In this document: positions 1 through 12,803 of the stretch, piece after piece
Position numbering within the stretch: position 1 is the first letter of the stretch
Layout of the letters: each line of letters opens with the position of its first letter
NCBI GenBank assembly: GCA_044892525.1
Contig: CM097885.1
Span: 17,610,001 to 17,674,000 of the forward strand
Direction of reading: 5' to 3'
DNA from: Schmidtea polychroa
Taxonomy: Eukaryota
DNA length: 64,000 bases
Position numbers and translations under genes: made by a program
Notes under the pieces: generated by a model
What the model saw: only the letters and a program-made list of their open reading frames with translations
Databases searched by the model: none
What the model was told of the DNA's origin: nothing

Positions 1-273
1 TGTTTACATGTCTTTGTTTAAAAAATGATGAGTCATATGTACTTTAATAATAAGTCATTGGCTTTGTTCCAAAATGATGAGTCATATGACCTTGACATGG
101 TTGCCATGGTTACCACAGTTGCTATGGATGAGTCATCGGGGGAAATCAGGAAAAAAAATCGAAAAAAAATCGAAAAAAAAATCGGAAAAAAAAATCAATA
201 AAAAAAAATCGAAAAAAAATGTGTCATTGGGGGAGGGGGGTATGATGAGTCATGGAGCACACTTCCCTCTACT
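1..273 (-). mobile_element. Orphan Polinton-type terminus (TIR end, begins ~55850 in the other copy)
   Basis: TGAGTCA-rich block with a G-run ending ...TTCCCTCTACT (reverse complement AGTAG...), like the other Polinton ends in the window. No matching opposite end was seen. Confidence 0.5.
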
Positions 274-2204
274 CAAGACCAAAGTTGGAAAATGCTTCAA
301 AGAAATGTTGAAAAGATGAAGAAATTTCTTAAAGAAGGGGATGTGAGGTGTTTTCAGCTGAGAGTTAAATATTTCAATGATTTATCAAAATAATTTTAAA
401 TTGTAAATAATTGACTATTTAAATAACTTTTAAATAATTTTTAAATTGGATTTTTTAAGTTGAAATATTTGAATTAAAAATTAAAATAGCTTTTTAAAAA
501 GAAGTTTTATTAATGAAAATTTTTTAAATAAATATGTTTTAAATATTGAAGTATTTTGATAAATGATTTTGAAAAACTTTTATTCAACGCTGAAAATTTG
601 TTTAAAATTAAACAATATGTGATATAATAAATATTTGGAATTATGTCGTTCACTTTTGAACCGGATTTAAAAAATAATTTAGAAGATGTGTTAGCAGCTT
701 CTAATACTTTCGATCAAGCTACCACTTACATAGTGATTAAAACGGGTCTTACGATATTTTTTATGTTAATAAAAGTTGGATAATATTTTTTTGGTTGTAT
801 TTAGTTAATCTTTTTAGACATTATTTTTTTATTGTATATTTTTCAACACACATTCACCCCAGCTGCCCCAAGACAGTTCATTTACTGGTGACTCGGCTGG
901 GCTCTTCAATTCTCCCCACACACACACACACACAAGCACCTAAAATACACAAATATAATATACACGTATAAACTATTAAACTTTATAACAGATATAACAA
1001 ATATTGTAATTTAAATGAATTTACTTGTTTATCAGATGTTATAATTAGTTATCAGTCTCTTTTGATAATTTTATGATAATTATTTTTAATGTAGATTGAT
1101 GACATTGATAATTGTAATGAATTTATACTGAATATTTGGAATATTTTGAGTAATCAGTCAATCAATTTGAGTACATGTATTACTTTTAAAAAAATAATTA
1201 AAATTAATTTATTTCAATTAATTTATTCAATTTAAATCAATTATCTACTTGATCTTATTTCAAAATTCTTATTAATTTATTATCTTAGTTGATGATTCAT
1301 ATTAACTTGAATGATTAGTATTTTTATTTACTAGATGATTAATGACTAGAATTTAAAGTTATTTGTTGTCCATTAATTACATTTTTATGATATTTATTTA
1401 TTATGTTTTGAATAATTTAAATTGTAATTAAAAATATTTTTGAACACAAATTAAAAATAAATTTAAAAAGTATTTGATAAAATATTTAGTTGATTGTAAG
1501 AGGTTAGTACTTGGTATCTGGTACCTAATCGGTTGCTTGTTGTTGGTTGTTAGTATATATTACCTATTTGTAGGTATTTAGTACTTATTTGTTAACGCCT
1601 AGCAAAAAATATTTAGTAGCTGGAAGTTGGTATCAGATATTAGGTAATATAAAAATTTCCATTAAAAATTATCTTAAAAAAATCTACATTTAAAATGAAC
1701 TTAAAAAAATATTCCATAAAGATTAAAAATCTATTAAAAATTTGCTTTGAAAAATATTTCATTAAAATTTTCATTAAAAATTACATTTCTCAAAGGAGTT
1801 ATTCAATCTTTTTTTAATAAATTAAAAAAATATTACTTTGATTTATTTATTACATTACTCTAATTTTCTTATTTAAAAATTATTACTTTAATTTACTTTT
1901 ATTTACTTTTATTTTTAAATTTTTACTTTAATTTACATAAATTAAAAATATTACTTTAACTTTAAAATGTTAGACCATTGATTACTTAATTTTAAAAATT
2001 AACTATTAATTTACCTATTTATCTTAATTAACTGAGCCATTATTTACTTTAATTCAATTTTTAGACCCTTAATTTAATTTAATTTAAATTAATTACCTTA
2101 AATTACTTATTTGAACTCATTGATTACTTTAATTTAAAATTTGAATCTTAATTTACTTATTTGAGCACATTGATTACTTTAATTCATTGAGTACTGTAAT
2201 TCAA

Positions 2205-2665
2205 AAATTTAACATGCTTTTTTAGTGAAGACACACTTTTTGTATGGAAATTCCCAGGACCAAGGAGACCCTCTTTAATTGTACTTGGAAAAATCCTTGC
2301 TTTTTTAGTGTAGACCCCCTTTTTTGTATTTTTATCGATAATTGAAATTTGTATTGAAAATCCCAAGACAAAGGACACCCACCCAAATAATACTGGCTTA
2401 TCCTTGGATTTTTAGTGAAGACCACTTTTTTCTATTGAAAAAATCCTGAGACCTTAAATTAGCATGCTTTTTTAGTGTAGACCACCTATTTGTTTTGAAA
2501 ACCCCAGGACCAAGAAGACCCACCTTAATTTATTTGGAAAATCAATGCTTTTTTATTGATAGTCGGATTTTGTATTGAAAATCCCAGGGCCAAGGAGACC
2601 CTCACTATAGTCAGAAAAATTTTGGCCTTTTTTCTATAGGTCCTTCTATTTGTATTGAAAAAATA
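2205..2665. repeat. Degenerate ~120 bp tandem repeat
   Basis: Recurring units such as GCTTTTTTAGTG(A/T)AGACC...GAAAA(T/C)CCCAGG..CCAAG.AGACCC. Confidence 0.6.
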
Positions 2666-4067
2666 TGTACAGCACTCTACAGCAATTGCGTAATCTACAA
2701 ATCAGAAAAAATTACTGCAGCAGATCCCCTTCCCGGGGACCCCCTCGGAAGGTCGTGCTGCAGAGGGCTCCTAACTACCCTACTATATCTCTATTCATAT
2801 TGGCTCTATATATTAATCAAATGAGTTTATTTAAACAAATATTCATAGTTGCCGCAATAACAGTATACATTTGAACAAAGATTGGATATCTCCATTCAAA
2901 ACTACTATAGGAATTGAAAGTCCCATGAAAACATGTAAATTTTACGATGCACTGTCATAAATAGAAGCGTTGAAAATATTTCAAAGTCCGTCGGACATAC
3001 CCGAATTTCAGCTTTATCGATTGTTTTTACCTAATCTTAATTCCTGGGAGAACCAAGAGAATTTTCGAGATATTTATTAAAGAATCCTCTTAATTGAATC
3101 AAGGCGCAACATTTTTGTTAAGGATGTCTCAAAATGTTCCAAAAATTATTCCTTAAAAACGCGAAATTTATACCGAAAAGAAATTTTAATCTGTGTCGAC
3201 AAATAACAAGTCTTTTTCATGGACCATGTCGGGGTGAAATCTTAAAATCTAAGAAAAGCACCTCTGACTATAGTCAGAAATAGCACTTTTAGTCATAATT
3301 TCCACTTTTCACTTTTATCACTTAAACATCAATAATGGCACTTTTTAATCAATATACACTTAAAAAATTGTACGCGCGATAACTCATCGATCAAACTCGC
3401 AATAAATCATCAATCAAAATGGGGGGTATATATGCGCGATAACTTATACTGATTCATGGGACTCACATCTATCTACTTGATTCGTTCAGAGGAGTTTTGC
3501 TTTTATAGACTGCACTTGTCCGACACTTTTTCATTCCTGTCTCTCCATAATTTGTACAGCTCCAGTGTTAACACTGACAGTTTGGCACTCAGAATAATTT
3601 GTCATTTTTTCCATTTCAGGATCTGACATTTTCCATACTTTTTTTCTATTTCCCACTTTATCTCTGAAAGTTTGTAGATGCCGATTTTGTTTTCGTTTCT
3701 GCATCATTTTCATTGCAGTTGGGTTTTTATCTGACGTCACCAATCTTTAATATTTTTTTCGATTAAAAAGTATCCTTCAATATTTTCTATTGGATAATGC
3801 GTATTAGTCATAATGCGTAAAAATAGTGCAATTAATAAATATAAATGCATCTGAAAGGTTTTATAAAGGTGCAATTAATATATTGATAAGCAATTAAGCT
3901 CTTCACTAAGCATTGCATTTTGTTGTATTAGAAAATGATCTAAATAGTTACCGTTGTCATGCTTGGAATCGTATATATCTGCAAAGTCTAATAGTGCGCA
4001 TCACGGCCAACGCCAACTTTATAAAAACCACAGTAAGCCATCAGTGATGCAAAACAAAACTTTATAA

Positions 4068-4510
4068 ATGCAAGACATAGATTTAGAAAATCGAGATCCA
4101 AAAAATATTAATTCATATATTTCGGTATGCAAATAATTTTATTCTTTTTGATCATCGTTGATTCATTCTAGACAGAATGGGAGGATAATTTCGCTGAACC
4201 TGGCGGGTTGAAATCATGCGATTGTTTGTGGAAATGTTCATTCAAATGTTTTCAATTCGGGCGGAATTGCTGCTATAGGTTTCTCAGTGGTCTCCTTGGG
4301 TTATGCATTGCACTTTATTGGGGATGTTGTTACGGATGCGTTGCCTTTTATTATATTTGGTGTATAACGCCTTGGCTCAAACTCTATATAATGCATTGTG
4401 CGTTCTGCAAGAAGATAAGTAAAGCTTTAATGGACTGTATCATTGGTCCCATTAGTGAGATTTGTGGAGTATGCGGAGGTTACTTCCGAGTAACAATGGA
4501 TAAATCTTGA
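4068..4510 (+). CDS. Caveolin family protein (host gene; exons 4068-4124 and 4172-4510; 131 aa)
   Basis: Spliced product is MQDIDLENRDPKNINSYIS-TEWEDNFAEPGGLKSCDCLWKCSF. It matches the caveolin RDP and FEDVIAEP-like signatures and has a hydrophobic hairpin. The 47 nt GT..AG intron is phase 0. Confidence 0.9.
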
Positions 4511-5060
4511 AAGCATTTGATTGTCATGAAATTTGTTAAAAAATAAAAATTATTATCTTTTAATAATAATAAATATTTCGCCAAGTGCGTTTGTTTTTAG
4601 AAAGAATCTACACCAACTTCTTTCTGTTACATTTCAATAATAATTTTGAAATGGAAATTTGTAGAACTTTCCTCAATCTAAATAAATAATTTTAATTAAT
4701 ATTTTTTAATTAATTTAAATTATTACTATTAATTATTTAATATCAAATGTTATTTTTAATTATATATTATTATTATAAATCTTTAGGTTTAAATTATTTT
4801 ATCAACAAAATATTCAACAACTCTATCTTTTAATAGTAAATCTTCAGAAATTCAACAAAATGTCCAATACCTTTAAACTTGAATAAAGAATTTAATTATG
4901 AAATTGGATAGCAAGGGTTTACCGTTTATAATATACAAAATGTTACAGATAAAAATAATAAAAAACATTGGAACATGGATTTTTCTTCTTCTGATATAAT
5001 TTTATCTCCTGGAACATACAAATTAAGTAATTTATTTTCAACAATCATAACCCTAGCAAT

Positions 5061-6268
5061 CAGGCGCGTACGCAGGATGAATCCATGGGGGGGGATTCAG
5101 AAAACATATTTTGTATATGTATTTTTATTTTTTCACGTAATAGCTAGCACTATTTACCAAATTTTATTCAAATTATATTTCACTTTATTTCAATATAAAA
5201 ACAATTACCTATAGGTATATTTTTCTCTCAACTTTTTTATAGAAAATTGTAAAGAAAACTAAATAAAAATTTATTAAGAAATATGAATAATAATTATACA
5301 TTATAAGAAAAATTAATATAAAATAAAATTAATATAAAATAGAATAAAAATTGCATATTCAGCAACAGGACTATTTTCTGAAAAAAATAAAAAGCGATAT
5401 AAATTAAGACTGAATTATATTCAAATTTCTAATTTACGTGAACTTTTTGCTAGTTCATCTAGAACTGCATCTGTAGAAATCGCGACATTACGATGAATAT
5501 TAAGTAACGCTAATCCACTTAACCTATCTTCACTCATTGTGTTGCGTAAATACGTTTTAAGTCGTCTCAATGTTGAAAAAGATCGTTCACTGCTTGATGT
5601 TGTAACTGGTAGTGTAGCAAATATTTTAAGTAATTTTCGAACAGTTGGGAAAATTGAATCGTCGCATGCTAAAAATGGATTATGAGCATTTTTTGGTGTA
5701 TTCGAAAAATTTAAAACATGGCGCCACCATAGCTTCAGCTCACTAACCTTTTCCACCTGCTAAACCAGCTGTATTGAAACTTTAAATTACGTTTTCCACT
5801 AACTGGGAATACAAATTTGTCGTCAGGATACCAAACGTTTTTCAACAAAAATAATCTTTTTTCATTGTCGTATTGGTCTTTTCCAATAAAATTACTAATA
5901 TCATTAATAATTACATTTGAATCTGATCCTGATGGAGACTCACATTCACATCCACTTACTGAAGCTGCAGCACTATCATTTTCACTAGGAACAGGAGCAA
6001 CCTGATCAGCTGTTCTTTCTAAATCACTTGTTTTAGATTTTTTAACAAAGTAATTTGTTAAAGTAGAATTTTTTAGTTTTCTTTTCTCGTTATTCATCTT
6101 CACAAAATATTATTTAAACAAATTTTAAAATTAACATTAAACAGAAATTAGACTTTCAAGTTCAAGAGAAAACAAAAAACAAAAAAAAACACGTTTGAAA
6201 ATTTAAAAACTCGACTGTTTGGGTCCCGCAATTATTATTATTAGTAATAGAAAGTACATTATCATTAT

Positions 6269-6328
<60 letters not shown>

Positions 6329-6358
6329 CAGTAAACCCCCCCCCTGCGTACGCGCATG
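5061..6358 (-). mobile_element. Internally deleted hAT DNA transposon
   Basis: TIRs CAGGCGCGTACGCAGG / CCTGCGTACGCGCATG. The 8 bp TSD is CTAGCAAT / CTAGCAAA (one mismatch). Confidence 0.9.
5421..6103 (-). pseudogene. hAT transposase remnant (N-terminus joined directly to the hATC dimerisation domain)
   Basis: The C-terminal part LPVTTSSSERSFSTLRRLKTYLRNTMSEDRLSGLALLNIH is the hATC motif. The N-terminal part RNLKFQYSWF resembles the start of a TTF zinc finger. The catalytic core is absent. Confidence 0.9.
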
Positions 6359-6964
6359 CTAGCAAAAGATTTTTTGAAGGCTAACAAAGTAAGTTTTTTA
6401 GATCAAATAGAACAATATAAATTGTGGTGTAAAATAGTTGCACTTTACTTTCACAATTTTTCTTTTCAATACTCTTTTTACCAACCTTTGATCACATCGG
6501 GCTAACCAAAATATGTTTGGTTATTGGGTTGGTGACAGTATTTGTAAATTTAAATGTTCACTCTGACTCCAAAGCGTGTTTTATTAATTCACAAATTGAC
6601 AATCCCGAACAAGATGAACCTTTATTAATGTTTACAATAAATCGTACAAATTGCAATTCTTAATTAACAGTGACCTTTGTTTTAATTTCTTGTTTGTTTT
6701 CCTTTATTTGATTTATCTTTCTCATTTCACATTTCTTTTTACTTTAGTTTTCTTCGAGTTCCCATAGATCGTCCCGTTTGTCATGACGATCTCCCCCAGG
6801 TAATATACTTATTTATTATACTTTTTGTTATTTAGGTAACCTCAACACAATATAAAAATAAATATACGTGAGATTCAGTTAAATTAATGAAATTTGCAGA
6901 AGATTCAAAAATTCATTTGACATTACATTTTCGTATAGTAAATGGCTAATTCAGATATTATTTC

Positions 6965-7545
6965 AGTAGGGTAATGTGTGGACCCGGGAACAAAGAACTA
7001 ATACGTAACCAATGACGTCACAAAGGGAAATTACGTAATACCCTCGTGGGGGGTTTTTTTTAATTTTAATTTTTTTTAAAAAAATTACATAACAGAGACA
7101 TATTACATAACAAAGACATATTACGTAACAAAGGAAAAATTTTAAACAAAGACATTTGAACAAAGGCACATGACTCATCATACTTTTTTCAATATATTAC
7201 GTTGCGGTATTTTAAAATTTAATTATATTTTAATCATTAAATATATTACGTTGCGGTATTTTAAAATTTAAATTTATTTTAAAAACTTATTTTGACGGTT
7301 AAGTTGACAAAATAAAATTATTGCACATACTTTGCATTATCATATATATAGTCTATCAGACAAGATATTCTGTTCCCCTGTGGGTAATGGTCACAAAGGT
7401 AAAGGTCACAAAGGTACTGCTAAAACTTTAACATATTATTACACAATGTATAAAAAATAGTATTAGTGTCCACACATGGTCATGCAACAAGTTAGTGTTC
7501 CCATCGATAGCTCATCTTAAAGTCTAGTGTAAGATTTATCTAATG

Positions 7546-7603
<58 letters not shown>

Positions 7604-7614
7604 ATTGGTAAAGA

Positions 7615-7666
<52 letters not shown>

Positions 7667-7880
7667 ATTATTTTTTTTATTATTATTTTTATTAATATTA
7701 TTATTATTATATAGTCCGAGTCTATCCGACAAGATATTCTGTCCCCCTATGAATAATGGTCACAAAGGTAAAGGTTACTAATGTACTGCTCGCAAGGGTA
7801 CTGCTAAAAATATTCAAGACAAAACTTTAACAAAGAAATTCTAAATATTATACTTTAAATATACACTCAAACTAAAATTT
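6965..7880 (+). repeat. Left TIR of outer Polinton
   Basis: Reverse-complement match to ~46925-47791, including (ATT)n tracts and the CCGACAAGATATTCTGTCCCCC motif. Confidence 0.88.
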
Positions 7881-8153
7881 ATTAACACATTCACATTCAT
7901 CATCTCCACGTTTCATAACATTTTCAACAACATGATCTATACAATCGCTATATACACGCGTTTCAGTATCCGTAAATTCCTCCATAGGTTCATCAATTTC
8001 TTGAATACTTTCCTCGTCATCTTGAGTGTTTTCTTCATCAGTTTCATCAAATCCCGAATCTTTACTCTCTGCTACCCACTCTATATTTAATGCATTTGTC
8101 ACATGTAATATATCTTCCATTTTCACACCAGATATTTCTGCTAATTTTTCCAA
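7872..8153 (-). CDS. Acidic hypothetical protein of outer Polinton
   Basis: 93 aa D/E-rich ORF next to the TIR. A fragment of its 3' end recurs at ~22125-22195. Confidence 0.4.
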   Translation of the reverse strand: MEKLAEISGVKMEDILHVTNALNIEWVAESKDSGFDETDEENTQDDEESIQEIDEPMEEFTDTETRVYSDCIDHVVENVMKRGDDECECVNKF

Positions 8154-8336
8154 TAAAAAGTTTATTACAAATTCTAAATATTAAATAATTCAATAATTAA
8201 CTAATCATATTAACCTTTTTCTGTAGTTATTATTATTGTTATTTTAAAACTATAGTGTATATTTGTTTATAGAAAATATAGAAAATGGGCGAAAACAAAT
8301 ATAACTAAATGCATTTATTAAATACAACAACATTTA

Positions 8337-8756
8337 TTAAAATGTCTGTGAAAGTCTAGCAGACATAATTTTCCAAATTGGAGAATACACATCATTATTA
8401 TCAACTTTATATCCTAGGATTGCAATTGTTATATACCAATTTTCATTTTCTTTGAAGCTGATTTCATCAAAGGAATCATAAAATCTTGCATATCGGTTGT
8501 TGAAAAAACCATGATGATTACATGATAGATTCGTATTCAAACGTTTGAAAACCTCATCAATAGATTTAATATCTATCATTGAAAGTGTGCCGGATAAGAA
8601 TTGAAATTGGGTAGGAATTAGCTTGATCGGTGACACCAATTTCATATTGATTTCTTCTTTTAAAAAATACATTTTGTAGTTATGGAACATTTGAACAGGT
8701 TGTACAAGTTCTGGAAGAACTTTTGGTTTTTCAGTGGTTGAAAATTTCTTTGTCAT
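8337..8756 (-). CDS. Hypothetical protein of outer Polinton
   Basis: 139 aa ATG-initiated ORF with globular composition and no confidently recognised motif. Confidence 0.55.
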   Translation of the reverse strand: MTKKFSTTEKPKVLPELVQPVQMFHNYKMYFLKEEINMKLVSPIKLIPTQFQFLSGTLSMIDIKSIDEVFKRLNTNLSCNHHGFFNNRYARFYDSFDEISFKENENWYITIAILGYKVDNNDVYSPIWKIMSARLSQTF

Positions 8757-8931
8757 CGTGAATTATGATTAAAATGAAATGGTATAGGGTTTTTATACCT
8801 ATGACTATAGTTTATCATCCAATCAGATTGCTGCATGTCTTTGTTTTAATTGCAATGATATCGCATTGATATTGCATTGATATTGCATTGGCACATGTTT
8901 TATATTATTAAAATTATTATTATTATTATTA

Positions 8932-9528
8932 TTATTGTTCATGTTTAAATTCAAGATCACGAATAATAATTTTATTTTTGAATAATAACAATTTGTCCAT
9001 GTCAATACCATAAGATAATGCCATCATTGAACAACCTAATGGTCGCATCTCAGTTGATTGGGTAGAAAGCTGCTTAATATCCGCAATAGAACGACATATT
9101 ATGTCGCAAGGCATTTCATATCCATGTTTATATCTAAATCGACCTGCTTCCATTTGTGCACGACATACTTGAGATCGATAATCAGGGATCATACCAGTCA
9201 TAACACCTCCAGTACTTTCAGTAATATTAAACAATTTTGTAGCTGAACTTTTCTCAATCATTTTATCTGGAACCTTTCTTTGTGTAGCTACTACATCAGA
9301 ATTATTGCATCGAATACCCACGGAAATCCGTCCACCAAATAAATTTAATATTAGTTGGCCAAAAACACCATTAAAGTTATCAGGATCTCTTGGGATCATA
9401 AAAATGGAACCATCAGTTTCGTTGGTAGTATTTCCAATTTCCATTGAGTTATCAGATTCATAAATTTCTTCATTAAAAGCAGCCATCATTAACAACTCTT
9501 TCCTTAAATCGAAACATAACTCATCCAA
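8932..9528 (-). CDS. Chimeric ORF containing a proteasome subunit alpha-6 (PSMA6-like) fragment, inside the 3' LTR
   Basis: TQRKVPDK, VMTGMIPDYRSQV, YKHGYEMP and IADIKQLSTQSTEMRPLGC match the central part of alpha-6. The N-terminal ~65 aa are unrelated. Confidence 0.85.
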   Translation of the reverse strand: MDELCFDLRKELLMMAAFNEEIYESDNSMEIGNTTNETDGSIFMIPRDPDNFNGVFGQLILNLFGGRISVGIRCNNSDVVATQRKVPDKMIEKSSATKLFNITESTGGVMTGMIPDYRSQVCRAQMEAGRFRYKHGYEMPCDIICRSIADIKQLSTQSTEMRPLGCSMMALSYGIDMDKLLLFKNKIIIRDLEFKHEQ

Positions 9529-9777
9529 TACAATCGATCGATAAAAATCTAAATCTAAAAATTAAATTACAACCAAACTAATTAATAAATATTGCCATAC
9601 TTCTTGCTCGCGTCTGTGTGCGCACACAGCCAAAAACAAAGAAAAGAAAAGCGCACACAGACGCGACACACCAACAACCCAACCCAAAAAATGACATTGC
9701 TCGCGTCTGTGTGCTCACACAAACCTATCACACAATACAACGCGCACACAGACGCGCATTGAGCTCATAATTCACCA
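8936..9777 (-). repeat. 3' LTR (842 bp)
   Basis: Near-identical to 12838-13586 and directly preceded on the minus strand by a polypurine tract. Confidence 0.92.
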
Positions 9778-9792
9778 TCCTCCCCCCCCTTG
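9778..9792 (-). promoter_or_regulatory. Polypurine tract
   Basis: AAG-run-AGGA purine tract directly upstream of the 3' LTR on the minus strand. Confidence 0.85.
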
Positions 9793-9877
9793 ACACCTTA
9801 GTGTCAATCTCAAATCCCCATCAGCTTCTCCTTCTTCTTTTATACTCAAACATAATTTGAAGATACATTCCCGTGTC

Positions 9878-10036
9878 AGTTTATCCCTTTTCCCCTTCAT
9901 TTCTTCCACTTCCCTCGCCATTTTATCCCTTTTCCCCTTCATTTTCTGCATTTCCCTCGCCATTTTATCCCTTCTCCCCTCCATTTTCTGCATTTTCCTC
10001 GCCATTTTATCCCTTTCCCCCTTCATTTCCTGCATT
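9878..10036. repeat. 42 bp tandem repeat (~4 copies)
   Basis: CCTCGCCATTTTATCCCTT..CCCCTTCATTTTCTGCATT units. Confidence 0.75.
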
Positions 10037-10115
10037 ATGGCTCAATCTCCAATAACCCTCACACACCCATCTTTGTATTATATAAGCCGCCGCACCACGC
10101 ACCTTTTTTGAAAGA

Positions 10116-10673
10116 TCAAAAAAAAAAAATTCTCCACCCACCATCGCTATACTCGGCCAAGCAGCTGTCCCTGTTCAGTTTGATTAGGTGTAATCTCTCC
10201 ATTATTCTTTCTCCCTTTTTCGCCAATTCCATATTCCACACTTTTCCCTGTTGCATTTCATTTAGTGACCAGTTTTCACTTAATGTTTTTATAAGCATCC
10301 TACAAAGTCGTTCTTTGATTGCTTCGTGTTTCGATTCCCCAATCGACACCTTGTCTTTCATGTGCATCTTTTGAGGCGTGCAAGCGAGTTCCAGTGACCC
10401 TTGTTGTTTTAAACTGTTCGATGATTCGTTCAATTTTTCCAAAACTTCTTTGGCCCCTTGATCATTATCACGTACAGTTTCCCATGATTTCCCATATACC
10501 ATACTGGTCTCCTTGTTTTGCCTCTCCCCTTTGGAGTCTTCTGCCCCTTTTACATTATCACGTTCTTCTTTTAGTCGATTAACTTCCCCTTCGTCGACCT
10601 GAATATCATTAACCGCCGCCTCGGGCGTTAAATCCTCTGATGTTGATTTGTCTTTTTCCCAATTACTCATCAC
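10116..10673 (-). CDS. Hypothetical charged protein in the LTR element
   Basis: 185 aa ORF downstream of gag with the same K/E-rich composition. No protease or RT motifs. Confidence 0.4.
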   Translation of the reverse strand: MMSNWEKDKSTSEDLTPEAAVNDIQVDEGEVNRLKEERDNVKGAEDSKGERQNKETSMVYGKSWETVRDNDQGAKEVLEKLNESSNSLKQQGSLELACTPQKMHMKDKVSIGESKHEAIKERLCRMLIKTLSENWSLNEMQQGKVWNMELAKKGERIMERLHLIKLNRDSCLAEYSDGGWRIFFF

Positions 10674-10804
10674 TTACGTTGTCTTCGGTTCCACAATTTT
10701 ATCGTCGGATAATTTTATGATCTCACCAGCCCGGCAAGCCTCATCTTGCTTTTCCCCTGTATTCATTTTTCCTTGAACATTTTGTGTGATTGTCATAACG
10801 TTAA

Positions 10805-12622
10805 CTAATTCGTTAGTTCTTCCAGAATTGAATATTTGCCATCTAAATGACTCTGAGCTCCTTGCTCTTCATTAGATGCCTTACTCCTGTGGAGTGGCGT
10901 GTCCTCAATTCCTCGAGATGCCCGTAACTCGTCATTGAACATTTCAGTTACCGCAAAATAACTCTGAACCGTCCTCATTGATGCGTTTTCATTTAATAAT
11001 TCGTTGTGTCTTTGCTTACATCCGGTAACCTTGCAGAAAGATTCTTTACGGCATTCCTTGGCCATGTGATTTCTTTTGAAGCAATTCCTGCACAGTTTCA
11101 TTTCTTCGATGACTCTCTTCCTTTCTGAAATTGTGAGTTGCTTAAACTTGTCACATTGGTCTAGGTAATGTTGACCACCACATTCTACACACTCTGATCT
11201 ATAGCCGTTAGAGTTATTCACCTGTATAACCGTTCCACTTTTAACTCTGCCATTTGGTTGCCCCGTAAAATGCGTCCGACCTCCTGGATTGAAGCTTTCT
11301 CTTTCTCTAGACACACCTTCTACTCTTGGCCCATCATAAGTCCTGGTGCTTGATTGAGTCCCATACACGACCTCGTTAGTGGACCTTAGGATCTCCGCTT
11401 CTTGTTGTATCCATCTTCTCAAATCCTCTATCGTCTCCCGCAATTCCTTTTCTATTTTCTCTTTCTTCCATTTATACACAAGATCCGTTGTTAACTTGCT
11501 CAAACACTTTTGAAAAAGATATCCAGTCTTTAACTCGGTTTCTTTCCCAGTGGATTTAAATCGCACGGTGACTGTTTCTAATAATCCAACAAATAAGTCT
11601 AGATCCTTCAAATCTCCTTCTCGAATTGGCCTGAACTTGTCCATCTCCTCTAACATTGATAAATATATCCTTTCATCCCCACCATATATCCTATCCAACT
11701 TCTCTTTTGCCATTTGATAAGCCTCTGCCGAATATTCTAGATTTTCAATTAACTTTAATGGCTCTCCGTGAAGGTACTTGTGCAGGTGAAACATCTTTTC
11801 AACCTCATCACCTTCCGCTTCGTCAACACACGCCGTAAAAGCTGCTTTGCATGGTTCGTACTCTTTCATCTTGCCTTCAAAAACAGGGATTGTAATTTTC
11901 TGTAGACTTTCCAGTTTTCTTTTATGCACGGAATTATTCTTCTTGAAGGTATCATCATTCACATTTTCCTTCTCTTCCATAACAGATTGATTTGCTTTTC
12001 TTTCCATCAATGCCCCAATCATTTGATGTTTTTCCTCGATCTCTTGCAGGTCTTTATCTAAGATTGCAGTGATGTCCAATCTTTGCAATTTTTTACTGAT
12101 CGTTCTCAGATCCCCTAATTCTTCATCTAGACTCTCCTTTTGATCTTCATATTCCGCCAACCATTCGCTAACATCCTTCCCATTTATATCATTGAGAATC
12201 TTGTTTCTCAATCTCGTTAATTTTCCTTTTTTCATTCTCTTTTTCCACAGTCCTTCTTCTAAAATCTCTTCGTCATTGCCCCCGCACAGCCTGAGTGACA
12301 AATGAAGTGTCGAACCTACTTGTATCCTATAATCGTTCAATCTTCTTCTATTTTCTAATTGCTTTCCTGCGTGTACTAACATTTGATAATTTACCGGAAT
12401 TCCTTCTTTGTCCTGGATTTTTCCTTTTACCTTTTCAATTGTGTCGTTCCATTCAACATCAAGAGTAATTGTCTTACCAGTAAGAGTTTTGACAAATATT
12501 TGACTTTCCCATCGCAACTCAAAACCCATTACTCCGCTCGCCCTCACCCTTGACTCATCTCTGTTCTTTACCCTGATCCCCTGGCTTCCCCCTTTAAAAA
12601 AGTGCTGGGGCCATAGCAGCAC
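10805..12622 (-). CDS. Ubiquitin-Gag fusion (BEL/Pao gag)
   Basis: Ubiquitin domain [17 protein letters not shown]...[12 protein letters not shown] is followed by a DUF1759-like region (IPVFEG...LHKYLHGEP) and three Cys/His knuckles ([37 protein letters not shown]). The true start is probably an internal ATG. Confidence 0.9.
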   Translation of the reverse strand: MLLWPQHFFKGGSQGIRVKNRDESRVRASGVMGFELRWESQIFVKTLTGKTITLDVEWNDTIEKVKGKIQDKEGIPVNYQMLVHAGKQLENRRRLNDYRIQVGSTLHLSLRLCGGNDEEILEEGLWKKRMKKGKLTRLRNKILNDINGKDVSEWLAEYEDQKESLDEELGDLRTISKKLQRLDITAILDKDLQEIEEKHQMIGALMERKANQSVMEEKENVNDDTFKKNNSVHKRKLESLQKITIPVFEGKMKEYEPCKAAFTACVDEAEGDEVEKMFHLHKYLHGEPLKLIENLEYSAEAYQMAKEKLDRIYGGDERIYLSMLEEMDKFRPIREGDLKDLDLFVGLLETVTVRFKSTGKETELKTGYLFQKCLSKLTTDLVYKWKKEKIEKELRETIEDLRRWIQQEAEILRSTNEVVYGTQSSTRTYDGPRVEGVSRERESFNPGGRTHFTGQPNGRVKSGTVIQVNNSNGYRSECVECGGQHYLDQCDKFKQLTISERKRVIEEMKLCRNCFKRNHMAKECRKESFCKVTGCKQRHNELLNENASMRTVQSYFAVTEMFNDELRASRGIEDTPLHRSKASNEEQGAQSHLDGKYSILEELTN

Positions 12623-12803
12623 TTTCCCACGCTCGGTAGGGAAGGGAGGATGATTAATTTTACAAAAATAAAGTTCAAATAAATGAAAATAAAATTTACA
12701 TCACCCTTGATGATTAATTTTACAAAAATAAAATTCGAATAAATGAAAATAAAATTTACATCACCCTTGATCAGCCGGGCTGTCTCCACTGAAACATTGG
12801 TGC

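Larger units (their letters stand above)
1..7958. repeat. First copy of a long direct repeat (period 56,042 bp)
   Basis: Sequence and every ORF in 1-7958 recur at 56043-64000 with a constant offset of 56042. Confidence 0.97.

Noticed and set aside
74..319. 81 aa Lys-rich ORF (also 56116-56361)
   Set aside because: It derives from A-runs in a TIR-like sequence and crosses the presumed element end.
6400..6960. Possible host gene interrupted by the outer Polinton (with 47800-48200)
   Set aside because: Only short open frames are present, with no recognisable motif or convincing exon chain.
9772..10111. Repetitive ORFs on both strands
   Set aside because: They are explained by the 42 bp tandem repeat, and the minus-strand one runs through the PPT into the LTR.
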